Shown here: one piece after another, positions 1-11,400 of the stretch
How the letters are laid out: the number at the start of each line of letters is the position of its first letter
Numbering within the stretch: the stretch's first letter is position 1
Origin: Naegleria gruberi
Taxonomy: Eukaryota
DNA length: 64,000 nt
NCBI GenBank assembly: GCA_000004985.1
Contig: GG738848.1
Reading direction: 5' to 3' (one strand)
The notes under the pieces: model-generated
Seen by the model: the letters and a program-made list of their open reading frames with translations, nothing else
Databases searched by the model: none
Told to the model about the DNA's origin: nothing
Program-made: the position numbers and the translations under genes

Positions 1-3000
1 AAATAAATATTTAACTTTGTAGAGATCTGTTGGAATGAATTGATCAGTGAGATCAACTGCAAACAATCCACTCTTTCTTGATTTTGGCTTAATGTAAAAG
101 TGAACATTATTCCCAAATGCATGAATGGTATCAGATGAAAAACAATCATCCACTAGAGTTTCTAATGGTGTAAGGATGGTTATTGTTTCGTGGTGAATTG
201 GTCTTTCCTTTGAAATTTGTCTAGAGAGCCAAGGATGCTTGTTACTTAAATAATTGAGAGGATTATTTGGAAAGGTAGTTAATGGGTGGACTTGTTTCAT
301 CTTCTTTTCAAGTAATTTAATACAAATAATAGTTCTATAATTGAACTCAGTCAATGATTTTTCATAAGGATCCTTGTTATAATAGACGTTATCTGAAACA
401 AAATCATCTTTGAACTTGAACTTGTGGGTTTTCACATAATAATATGATGGATCAAAATTGAAATTCATAAACAAAACTTTGACTTGCAAATGGTCCAATT
501 GTAAGCTGATTTCATCTGGATTCGTAGAATGTACTGAATCCAAATGTAATGAGGTTCTCACCTCTCCAAGATACTCTCCATTCTGAATACTGAGATACCA
601 CTTGAAACCAAAGGCTTCAAAAGTATGAGACTTGATCTTTTTAAAGAGCTCCACGTTGAAACCATGGGAAATATCAATACAATCCACATATGTATTCTTA
701 TCTGCCCATGCAGGATCCACTGCTATGGAAACCCTCTCCCTTGTTGGAATTGATACATCTAGTGGATCAACTTTACGGAAAGCTTCCTTTTCTTTCTTCA
801 CTTTAGCGGAAAGATTAGTGAAAGGATTATAAATATGTTGAATGCTACTGAACTTTTCAAAGTATTGTGCCATAACTGCAGGGCAATTAATGTTAAAACA
901 GTATGCAGATGTGATGGCATGACAAAATTCAGAAAATGATGGAGTACTAGTTATTTCCATGGAAAAAGAAATGGTGGAAAGGATTAGAAACAAATCTGGG
1001 AAGGAGAATATTTGTAATAAACAGTCTTTTTCTCTGACACATCTTTCCATGAACTTGGTAACTGTTTTGACTAATTGTGGATTAACCATGAATAAAGCTT
1101 GTGGCAGTGAGCTAGAAATCTTGGATATTGTATCCAAGTCATTCAAATCCAGTAAAATAGACAGTATTGCTAGTACTATTCCATAACTTGCTCCCTTGAT
1201 AAATGGTTCAATTGAATTTGAGCAGCAAAACTGTAATCTAGCTATTTGCTCTTGGCTGAGTATTCCTTCATTCAATCTAGCAAAAACAGAATTGACAAAT
1301 TTTAACATGTCATTTTGGTGTAGAGGCATAAAGTCACTATTCGTTGATAGCAATAGGTAATAGAAAAGCCAAAACTCATTGTCACGCTCAAGACGTAATC
1401 CTTTCTCTTTCAAAAGAGTCAAAACAGAGCAAGCACAAAGGTTCAATTCTATCAGTTTTCTCTCCTTCATCAATTTGGTAAAGTGAGTTGTGTGTAATTC
1501 TTGGAAAAGAGTATCTATTGACTTGTACGTTTCCATCATTAGCCTGCTTTTAAGTTCCTCATTGACTGTGGAATAGGCTTTTTCAAAATCAAATTTTCTT
1601 TCCTTAATTTTAGATGAGAACATGTGGAAATTTCTTTCGTATTCTAGGAGAGATATTTCATTACAATCCTTAAATTCTCTACAGTCTATTACCATTAAAT
1701 TTCTCAAATTTTCCATTGAGGTGAAGTGGTGAGTGATAGAATTGGTTAAAAACTTGGATCCACCAATTAACAATTCTTCTATTGGAGAATCCTTTGTACA
1801 AATAGTGGCAACTGTTTCATTTTGCAAACATTCCATCTTGAGCTTGAGTATTCTTAGATTTTTGAGTGCCAAAATATTATTGATAAAACCAGTATAACTC
1901 GGATCAACAATGTGGGAAAAGACTTCCAAATTATTTAAGGAGAGTGGCAGGACAATATCATTTGGGAGGCAAACATTCAAAGAAAGTTCCAAGTTTTTGA
2001 GCGTCTTGAATTGTGTAAGATCCATATCGCTATCATAGACCATTTTGAGAGATTTGATATTTTGCTTATTAGGAAGTAAATTTACAATATTACAAGTAAA
2101 TAATTTTCCAGAAACTGTTCTCAAGTTTGGTAAATGAATCTTGGAGCTGAGCGTAGCCGACAAGTTGTTATTTTCTGTCTCAAAATCCAAATTCAATGTT
2201 TCAATATTTGAGCATCTCTTTAAGAATGAGAAATCGAAATATTCTTCTTCTTCTCCTTGTAAATTGATTTCCTTGATGGCGTTGTCAACAATAATAGGTA
2301 CCAAAGAACCAGCACCACTATTCAAAGTACATGTAAGAGATTCCAAATGTTTCAAAGTTGAATTATTTGAAAGGGAATGGAGACATTTTGATGTGAACTT
2401 GACTTCCTCCACATCGAACACCAATTTCAGTTTCTTCAAGTTCTTTAAACAAACAATAGAATTTAACAATATATCATTCATTTCTAGCCCAGTACAATAC
2501 AAGCCTAGATAGGTCAACTTTTCTGAATAGATACCAAAGGGATTAATTGCTGATTTTGTATTGATACTATAAGGCAAAGAAATGGAAGATATATTGAGAG
2601 TAATTCCTTTTTTTTTGAAAATTGAAAAGAAAGAGCTTGACATGGTAGTGCATGATTCATCAAGAGTAACATGAAATGATGTTAATTTGGGCAATGATTC
2701 AATTAGTTCTATAGCAACATCATCTGATACTCCTTTAACACGTAAATCAGTTAAATTGGGACATTGCTTGCCTATACTTGCTACAAAGGTATCTGGTAGC
2801 TCGTAATCTAAAACTAATGTCTCCAAAGAAGGTGGAAATTTAAAGGTATCAAACTCAATATCTACGGCATCCTTTCCTATCAGTACTAATTTCTTCAGAT
2901 TTTCAAATGCTTCCATAGTCATATTCTGAAGTTCAAAGTCAATATCTCTAATCAACATCTCCTCAATAGTGTACAATGCTGGAATTTTCTTCTCTGCAAT

Positions 3001-3395
3001 GTCCTGTATAAAGTTGCCACACAGAGTATCATACCGTGCCAGATCTAACTTTTTAAGTTTACCACTCAAACTCTCCAACATTTTAAAAAGTGAAAAATCA
3101 TCCAGCTGTTGACAAAACCCATCATCATCAAGACTTTTCTCTGCTCCAATCTCTGTCAAATTGGCCAACTTGCAAAGAAAATGTTTGTAAATATTCTCAA
3201 ATCTGCCACATGCAATTCCGTATGGAATAGAGTAGCTTGTCTTGTATTTGATCCAGTAATCCCAAACCAATTTGTTAAAATATTGATTAGTTGTTTTAAG
3301 AGAAATTAGTGCCTTGTGATGAACAAAAGGAAGAAAGTGGTCAATTAGAATTTCTTCCGGAACACAAGCAAGTTGATGATCATCTCTTGATTGCA
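1..3395 (-). CDS. F-box-like / leucine-rich-repeat (RNI-type) protein with a C-terminal MATH/TRAF-like region; ATG at 3395, 3' end runs past the window start (partial)
   Basis: Reading the minus strand from the ATG at 3393-3395 (MQSRDDHQLACVPEEILIDHFLPFVHHKALISLKTTNQYF..., an F-box-like N-terminus) gives a stop-free coding frame down to position 1. The ORF track lists no minus ORF here because no stop lies inside the window. The middle of the protein has repeated L..L.L..N/C LRR-like segments (LKKLVLIG, LTDLRVKG, LKKLKLVF, LRILKLKM). The C-terminal part (FEAFGFKWYLSIQNGEYLGEVRTSLHL) resembles a MATH domain. Introns cannot be excluded. Confidence 0.55.
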
Positions 3396-3502
3396 TTTTT
3401 TTTAAAATTATTTTTAAATCTAATTGTGGCGGGAATTTTCAATATTGAATAATAAAATAGGTATGAATGAGAATGAAAATAATTATTTTTATGGTATAAT
3501 AT

Positions 3503-5016
3503 CTAGAATTTAGTCTTTCCAACAATGGCATTGGCAACCATAGTATTAATACCACACTTATCCTTACCTCTAATGAGACGGAACTGTTTGTCAAGAAAAT
3601 TGTTAAATAATTGTTAATTATTAAAAAATTGAACAAGTAAACCTACATAACCCTTTTCACCCCAAGATTCTCCCCAACTGTTCTTAACAATCCAATAATT
3701 AGTCTTTTCTCCAAGCCAATTAGTGCTATTAAGGTTGTTATGATAAATAACATGACAATTTTAAAACTTACTGAGTACCAAAACCAACAAGCAAAACAGC
3801 ATGGTCAATATCTGGAGGACAATACTTTTGCATGTCAATATTTGAATTGAAATGAATAAACTTACCATTGGATCACTAATACCACTATGATAGAATTGCA
3901 ACCACATGGCATTAAGGCAAATGGAGAGTGGTCCATTCTTTACCAAGTATGCGGCAATATCGTCTTCATTTTGAGAGACATTTTCATAACCAGCAACCTT
4001 TGCAACAAGTTGATAGTTTTGAACTGAACAAGTACGATTGCAATATTCTCCACTAGGACAATAGGTCTTGTTAGTGTTACACGGGAAACAGTTTCCTAAT
4101 GGTGGAATGCAGTATGGGTAAGAAGATTCAGTAGCCAAACCTCCTCTCTTTTGGATATATTGCATGGCAATAAATGGAAAACCTCCAACTATTTCCTATT
4201 TAGCATTTGCATATTTACTAATACTTACAACATCCACAATTCAAATTATCACAATCAACAAGTTGTTGAGGAGAGAATTTAGTCAAATTGTGACCAGCCA
4301 AAAAGTATGCTATTACAATGTCAATATTTCCGAAAAAAAGAATACTGACCTCCTTCAATATTTTCGACAGTACTAGATAAATTAATGGGCCTTTAAATAA
4401 TATTCAAATAACAAATACAAACCTGAAAGCCCAACAACTTCCGCAACTATTTTACAATGTCAATATTTAAAATTCTAAAGTATGTTTAACCTTACCTAGC
4501 TTGATCTTTAACAGCAGTAACAGCACCATGTTCTCTCCAATCAAATGATTCAGGAAGAGCATCAATTTGATACTTTTCCTTTGGTGCAGTTGGAGTGTGG
4601 TTGATATCCTTTTGTTTTGTTGGTGGCAAGAGTTTGACACGAGCAAATTCATTTGGACTCATATCCATAAATTGAGTGATACCATATTGAGCAACTGGTT
4701 TACCTGCAATTTCGTTTGGTTTATGCATAATATTTAATTGATTAACTAAATTAATATTATCATAGAAAATCTTCCATCTACGATGATGTTCCTCTTCAGT
4801 GGCATATCTCTTCAAATACAACTTTTTAAAATGTTGGAAATAATTTAAAGCTTCCTTTTCATCATAGGCTCCACCATACATAACTTTCAATGGAATACCT
4901 GCTTGATATTCTTCATTATCAGTTTGATCAATAGGTGAGCGAGCGTCGATCCATGATGCAAAATACATCAAGATGACGAAAACAACAGCGAGGGAAAGGA
5001 ACAAGTTCTTGCTCAT
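3503..5016 (-). CDS. papain-family (C1A, cathepsin L-like) cysteine protease preproenzyme, 8 exons
   Basis: ATG at 5014-5016, preceded by an A-run, then a signal peptide ([25 protein letters not shown]). An I29 propeptide motif follows ([19 protein letters not shown]). Mature-domain motifs appear after manual splicing: [29 protein letters not shown] (catalytic Cys), [65 protein letters not shown] (His) and [18 protein letters not shown] (Asn). Exons (minus strand): 5016..4496, 4446..4423, 4372..4350, 4309..4229, 4188..3866, 3824..3772, 3708..3648, 3583..3503. Introns are 40-64 nt with GTAAGT/GTTTGT/GTAGGT donors and AG acceptors, and all phases are consistent. The 24- and 23-nt exon boundaries are less certain. 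Confidence 0.85.
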
Positions 5017-5215
5017 TTTTTTCTTCGGTGAATTTGCTAATTGGTTACTTGAGCGATTTGGACAATGGATTGGTGGAATTTTTGAGTACATTTTGTAAAG
5101 AAAGCAGTGCATGCATTATTGAATTACTTGAGACAGAATCTCTTTCTTGTAATTGTTTGTCTGAACTATTGCAAATGATATTATCGCACAGATAAATAAA
5201 TTAAAATTAAAAAAA

Positions 5216-6097
5216 ATGTCAAAACAAACTCCAATAGTTTCATGGTCACAGAGGAAGGAATTTATCAATTTAAATGTAGAAATTACTGATGCAAAAAATG
5301 TTCAAGTTTCTTTCACTGATGAGGGTTTAGTACGAGTGAATGCAAGCAATTCCGATGATAAAGACTTTGAATTACAATTGGAATTATTTAATCAAATTAG
5401 AGCTGAGTTGTGTAAATATAAAGTGACTGGAAGAAAGATTGAATTGAGAATTGAAAAATTGGTTGATGATGTTGAATTTTGGCCAAGATTAACAAAGAGC
5501 AAGGAAAAGAATAGAAATATTACTATTGATTGGAGTAGATGGGTTGATGATGAGGATGAAATTGAAGATGAGGAAGAACAAGAGGATGATGAATCTAATT
5601 GGATGAATCAAAATCAATTCCTAAATAATAATAATCAATCACTTCCAGAAGAATATGATGAAGAAAATGAGGAAGATTACAACGAGGATGATGAAGAAAA
5701 TGAGGAGGAAGAAAAGATTCATGATGGTGAATATGTTTGGTATGAAAACTTGGAAACTAAAGATGCACTCTATCAACATTTCATTGACTCTTACAGATTG
5801 AGAGTTGAGGATGACTATTCACTTAGAGGCAAGCAAAGAGGTCTCTATGCTCAAGAAGATCCATTACAAGATTTCAAAAAGTATCTTGGTAAGGCAAAGG
5901 AAAGAAAAGTATTCCCAGAATGGTGGACTGATAATAATGAACAAGAAATGATTCACATGGCTCTCAACGATGAGTGGGCCAACATTAAGTATGCAGTAGA
6001 GAAACACGACATTCAAGACAAGTACAATGCCATCACTCCTCTCGAACTACGAGCTCTTGCTGAGCTTGTTTTGGATAAAAATTATAGAAACCTTTAA
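5216..6097 (+). CDS. p23/CS-domain protein (HSP90 co-chaperone p23 / Sba1-like) with an acidic C-terminal extension
   Basis: ATG at 5216 after an A-run. The N-terminal ~110 aa match the CS/p23 fold pattern (V.W.QR...I.L.V.I.D....V.F........FELQLELF..I....C.YKV..RKIELRIEK...FWPRLTK......I.IDWSRWVDDEDE). It is followed by D/E-rich low complexity. Single exon, 293 aa. Confidence 0.7.
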   Translation: MSKQTPIVSWSQRKEFINLNVEITDAKNVQVSFTDEGLVRVNASNSDDKDFELQLELFNQIRAELCKYKVTGRKIELRIEKLVDDVEFWPRLTKSKEKNRNITIDWSRWVDDEDEIEDEEEQEDDESNWMNQNQFLNNNNQSLPEEYDEENEEDYNEDDEENEEEEKIHDGEYVWYENLETKDALYQHFIDSYRLRVEDDYSLRGKQRGLYAQEDPLQDFKKYLGKAKERKVFPEWWTDNNEQEMIHMALNDEWANIKYAVEKHDIQDKYNAITPLELRALAELVLDKNYRNL

Positions 6098-6234
6098 GTG
6101 CTTTTTATTAAATCCACCAATAGTCATTTATTATTTAATACTTTCCAAAACAAATAATTCAAATTGATTACTTCAATTCCACGATAGAAATGAAAAACCA
6201 AATTGAAAATATTTTATAAAATTAGATTGAAAAA

Positions 6235-8413
6235 ATGTCTCAAACATCGCAAGCTGCTGCTACTGATGAATTGAATCCTCACATACAATTAGACAACCAA
6301 AACAAGGTGGTGGTGGAGGAGGAGACTTGTTTGGATCATCATCATGATGATGTGAATATTGAAGAATCTTTAGAATCAACTATTGAACATTACCATGATG
6401 AAATTGAGGAGAATGAGGTAGTAGCAGATAATGATGATCATCATCAACAACATTCGGACTTGAATCAACAAAAGAATAAGAATAGAAAAAACAAGCCAAA
6501 GAAGGTTTTTCCTGCTTCTCAATTCTTTATTGCCAATCAATCAAAGAGTAATGAAGAAGCTAATCTAGTCGAAACGAATGATGATCATGATGAAGAAGAA
6601 TATTTTCATTCCGAAGAACCAGAACTTGCCTATCACTATAAAGGACATAGTTTTATAGTTAACAAGACAGCATATAAGCCAAATAGTAATTCTGGCAATG
6701 GCAGTAGTAGTAGCAATACAAACAACAAGAATAACAAATCAAAGAAGCAACATCACCACAATCATAGTCATCATCACAAATACAATAATTACTATCAAAG
6801 ACCAAAGACAAAGGAGGAATTTGTGTTGGCCAAGTAGGTATTACTGAAAATTTCAAATTAATATATACTAACCAATTTGAAAGCTTTCATTTCGTTTTGA
6901 GACCCCTTTCTCAGAGTAATACCAATTTTATTAATCAACAATTTCATATCACTGAATATAACAATGGAAAATTTGATGCAGACACACTAGTTGATTGGGA
7001 TACCATTGAATTGGTTATTCAACAAACTCATGATGAAAATCAAGAATGTCCAATTTGTCTTGATACATTTAAGGCACCTAAAATGACAAAATGTGGCCAT
7101 GGTAAGTTTTTAACATGTTTGAATATTGAATATTAAATTTATGATTAGTTTTTTGTTATCCTTGCATTTTGAGACATGTTGCTTTAGGAGAAACAAACTA
7201 TAGAAAGTGTCCTCTCTGCAATGAAAGTGTTTATATAGATGCATTGAGAAGTGTAAGAGTTGAATACAGGAAGAAATATAAAGAAAATGACAAGATGAAT
7301 TTAGTTTTGCTTAAACGAGATAAGAAACTTATAATTCCAGACCTTGTTTCTGAGTTGAACACTACCAAGGAGGGTGTTCAATCAAAGGATTTACCTACTA
7401 TTTATCCAGTTGATGGTGATTCTGAAAGTGCCAAATTTTCCCGATTTAATGTTACCTATGATATTTCTCAAATATTAGAAAAGGAACTTGCTGATTTGGA
7501 CAATTCTCTTAAAACATCTGAAAGTGCTGCGGAATCTGAATTTATAGTATTGGCAAAGGATCAAGTTCTTCAAAGAAAAAAGGATTGGCTTGAATGGACA
7601 AAAACACATTTGGCAAAGGGAAAACCAACCCAACCAAAAAACAAATCCTCACAAAAACCTGAAGTATCTCAAGCCACAGAGAAGAAAGAAGTTGAGGATT
7701 ATTGGTATTATCAATCCTCTGATTGTCAAATGATATTCTTACATCCTCTCTGTTCAAAAATGTTAATTCACGAATTCCAAGATTACAGTAATTTTCCAAC
7801 CAATCTCAATGATTGTCCAATATTAGAAATTGAAACAGTTGAACTCAATGAGGAATTAAGAAGGAGATATCCTGTTCTTAAGCATGTTCCTTGTGGTTGT
7901 TACATTTCTCTGGTAGAAATTGATATGAGGAATATTGTATCAAAGGAGACGATTAATACATTTATAAAAGATATTAAGCATAGAAAATATAGAAGAGACG
8001 AAAAGGTGAGAATGAGAATAAGAGAAGAACAAGAGGAAAAGAAGAATGAGGAAAAGAGAAAGGAAGAAGAAAGACTTGCCAGGGAAAGATTAATTCAAGA
8101 GTTGCACATTTCTAACTTTCCAGAACTTATTTCCACTCCTCCACCTGTTAACAGTGATTTCCACTTCCCTACAACGTTGAAAACAGTAACACCTGTCCAA
8201 CAACAACAGCAACCTGAAAAGAAACAAAAGAAGCCAAACGATTGGTCAAAACGTAAGCAACAAATAGACATTACCCAATCAGTAGCAAGTTCTTCAGTAC
8301 AATTACAAGGAGATTGGGCTAAGAAAACTAACACAAATACTACAACAAAGAATGTATCAACCAGTTCTGGTAAAAAAGATGATTTTCCATCCATAAAGTC
8401 AAAGAAGAAGTAA
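6235..8413 (+). CDS. RING-type E3 ubiquitin ligase, RNF10 (yeast Mag2)-like; 3 exons
   Basis: Exons 6235..6833, 6884..7101 and 7149..8413. The donor GTAGGT at 6834 and acceptor AAG at 6881-6883 give a 50-nt intron; the donor GTAAGT at 7102 and acceptor ...GATTAG at 7143-7148 give a 47-nt intron. Splicing rebuilds a C3HC4 RING: ECPICLDTFKAPKMTKCGH|VFCYPCILRHVALGETNYRKCPLCNESV, which is the RNF10 signature (CPICL...CGH.FC.PCIL.....W..CP.C). The starts of the track ORFs at 6897 and 7169 are TTG artefacts inside exons 2 and 3. The C-terminus is K/E-rich. Confidence 0.75.
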
Positions 8414-8467
8414 TTTTTACAATAAACTTAGTATTAGTTTTATTCTTAGGTATTTTACATGTACAGG

Positions 8468-11400
8468 TTATGCATTTTTAGCAAGATATTTTTCAATTTT
8501 TTCTTTAAACATATCATCAATGTAAGTATTTTGAATGTTAATTACTCGAATGGTATTATTCGATTTGGCAAAATCAATCAAAGCTAAAGCTGCACCAATT
8601 GAAATCAAATTTCCACTCAAATCAAGCTCAACAATTGTTGGATGAGGCTTGAGAATTGAGACTAGGGTTTCAATAGCTGGATTTCTGAACCCTTGTTTTG
8701 GCAAACTCAATTTGTGGAATTCAACATTTAAAAGAGTTTCCAAGAAAGGCTCTAATCCCTTATCACCTAAATAATTGTCTGATAAATTAACTTCTCCATC
8801 GGTGACGATAGTATTTGTGCCAAATTGAGCTCTAAGACGAGTGTTTGGTCTAAGAGATCTCTTTTCACAGTTTTCAACATACACATCCTCAAGAGTTCTT
8901 TCCTTAACAGGTTCTTCTTCCTTAGTTTCTTCCACCACATATTCAGCTTGAGCTTCTTCGACATGTGTTTCTTCTGGTTGTTTGTGTTTTTCTGGTGCGT
9001 CAACACTTGTTTCCTCATGAGGTTCTTGTTTTTCCTCTGGTTGTTGGTGTTTTTCTTGCTTGTCTTCTTGTGTTTCTTCTTTTTGAGATGATTTCACGTG
9101 TGTTTCTTCTGAGAGTTTGGTATCAACAAAAGTTTCTTGGTGTGTTTCTTCCTGTGTTTCTTCATGATGGTTTGTTTCATCTTGTGTTGTGTATGAATCT
9201 TCAATTGTTTTAGTTTCTTCAGCAAATCTCACATGATGTTCCTCTTCAGTGGAAGATTCTTCTGAAGGTTGTTCTTCAAAGGTTTCAAAATCTTCTTCAA
9301 ACGAGTCAAACTCATCTTCCTTTTGAAGTTCAGCTTGTTCTTCTTCATGAGTTGTCTCCTTTTGTTCTTTTTGGTTATCTGCTGTCTCAATCTCTTCTGC
9401 TTGTACCTCCTCTTGTTGGTCAACCTCAAAAGGCAAACTTTCTTCATGGAATGGTTCTTGAACTGTTTGTTCTCTTGGAGATTCTTCTCCAGGAAAATGA
9501 TCCATATCTGTTTCTTGTTGATGACTTGTATCTTCTTTTTCTTCAGCTTCTTCTGATTGTTCTTTCATTTCCTTTTCCACTTGATCAACAAACTCGTTTG
9601 ATTCTTGTTTAATTTCTGTTGATTCCTCATTTGCAAACTCTTCGAATTGTTCCTCGAATTGATCTTCGAAGTGATCTTCGAATTGTTCCTCATGTTGATC
9701 TTGAGTTTCCTCTTGAGTTGGTTCATGGTCTTCTTGAGTTTCTTCTTGAGTTTCCTCATATTTCTCTTCGAAAAATTGATCTGTTTCATTGAACTCTTCC
9801 GTATTTTGCTCGAATTCATCAGTAGTTTCATTGAATTGATTTTCCTCAAAGTTTTCTTCATGACTTTCAATATTTTCAAAATTCTCATGTGTTTGTTCTT
9901 GGTTTTCAAGGCTCTCGAAGGTTTCTTCTTCAGTATTTTCTAGGGCAACTTCGTTATTTTCTGAGAATTCTTGTTCAACATGTTGTTTGCTGTTTTCAAA
10001 TTCATCCTCTTTAGTGACTTCCTCAGAAGATACTTCCTTAATGGACTCTTCATGTGCTGTTTGGTGAACCTCAAAGTCCTCTTCTTCTGAAACATGTACC
10101 TCTTCTGATTGTTCTTCATGTGATTCTTCCAATTCCTCTTGCTTACTTTCCACATATTCAACTGTTTCTTCAACTTGTTTAATCTCGCTTTCCTGATTGC
10201 TTTCTTGATGTCCAATATGTTCTTCGGTGCATTTAATTTCATCATTTTGTTCTTTGTGACTGTGTTCCTCAATAATTTGCTCCTCTTGTTCCTCAACCTT
10301 TTTGACCTCATCAACACTTTCGTGCTTAACTTGATGATGATCTTCAACCCTATCATGGTGTTCTTCATTCTTGATATCTTCCCTATGTTCTTCAGTTGTC
10401 TCAATGTTTTCATGATTCTCTTCGGTATGTTTATGCTCTTCAACAGATGCTTCCTCAATAGCTTGAGGTTTCTCTGTATTGGCAACTTCAAAAGGTAAGC
10501 TTTCCTCTTGAGGTGGTTCTGTAACTGGTTCCATTTTTGGTTCTTCTTCTTTGACAATTTCTTGTGCATGGATTTCTACTATTTCTTCAGTTTGCTCTTC
10601 GGAGGATTTGTTAATAATCTCAGTCTCTTGATATGCAATATTTTCTTGCTTATCATCGTGATTATGCTTTTCCTTCTTCTCTTCATTATCATGCTTTTCC
10701 TTCTTCTCTTCGTGATCATGTTTCTCAACCTTTTCTTCTTTCTTATCGTCTTTCTTCTCTTCAGGATCATGTTTTTTCTTCTCTTCCTTTTCTTCCTCAA
10801 CTTTCTCATCGTGTTTAAGCTCGTTTTTCTTCTCTTCATGATCATGCTTTTCCTTTTTCTCTTCACGATCATGAATCTCAACCTTTTCTTCCTTAACTTC
10901 CTCATGGTTATGTTTATCCTTCTCTTCATGAACATGTTTCTCAACATTTTCTTCCTTAACTTCCTTCTCATGGTTATGTTTATCCTTCTTTTCTTCATGA
11001 TCATGTTTCTCAACATTTTCTTTCTTATCCTCGTCGTGATTATGTATATCCTTCTTTTCTTCATGATCATTCTTTTCCTTCTCTTCGTGGTCATGTTTCT
11101 CAACATTTTCTTCCTTAACTTCCTTAACCTCCTCGTGGTTATGCTTATCCTTCTTTTCTTCATTTTCTGATTTTTTCTCATGACCTATTTCAAATGGCAA
11201 ACCTTCTTCTTGGAGTGGTTCTTGAATCGTTTGTTCTCTTGGGGATTCCACGTCTGCAAAATGATCCATATCTTCAATGTCTCTATGGCTTTTAGTTTCA
11301 GTATCTTCTTGTTCATGTGTTTCATGATCATCTAAGGTTTGATATTGCTCATGGTCGTGGCTTTCAGGAAGGGTAGAGCTGGTTTCATCATGATCCTCCT

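Noticed and set aside
632-3309. Plus-strand ORFs 632..832, 959..1186, 2141..2512 and 3109..3309.
   Set aside because: They lie antisense to a continuous 3.4-kb minus-strand coding frame with F-box/LRR features. They are short and have no motifs.
6897-7171. Track ORF starts at 6897, 7169, 14308, 16145, 20732, 42835, 53062, 54235 and 63992 shown as Met.
   Set aside because: Inspection shows these first codons are TTG or GTG. They are ORF-finder conventions, not eukaryotic initiation codons. The real starts are ATGs with A-rich contexts, or the segments are internal exons.
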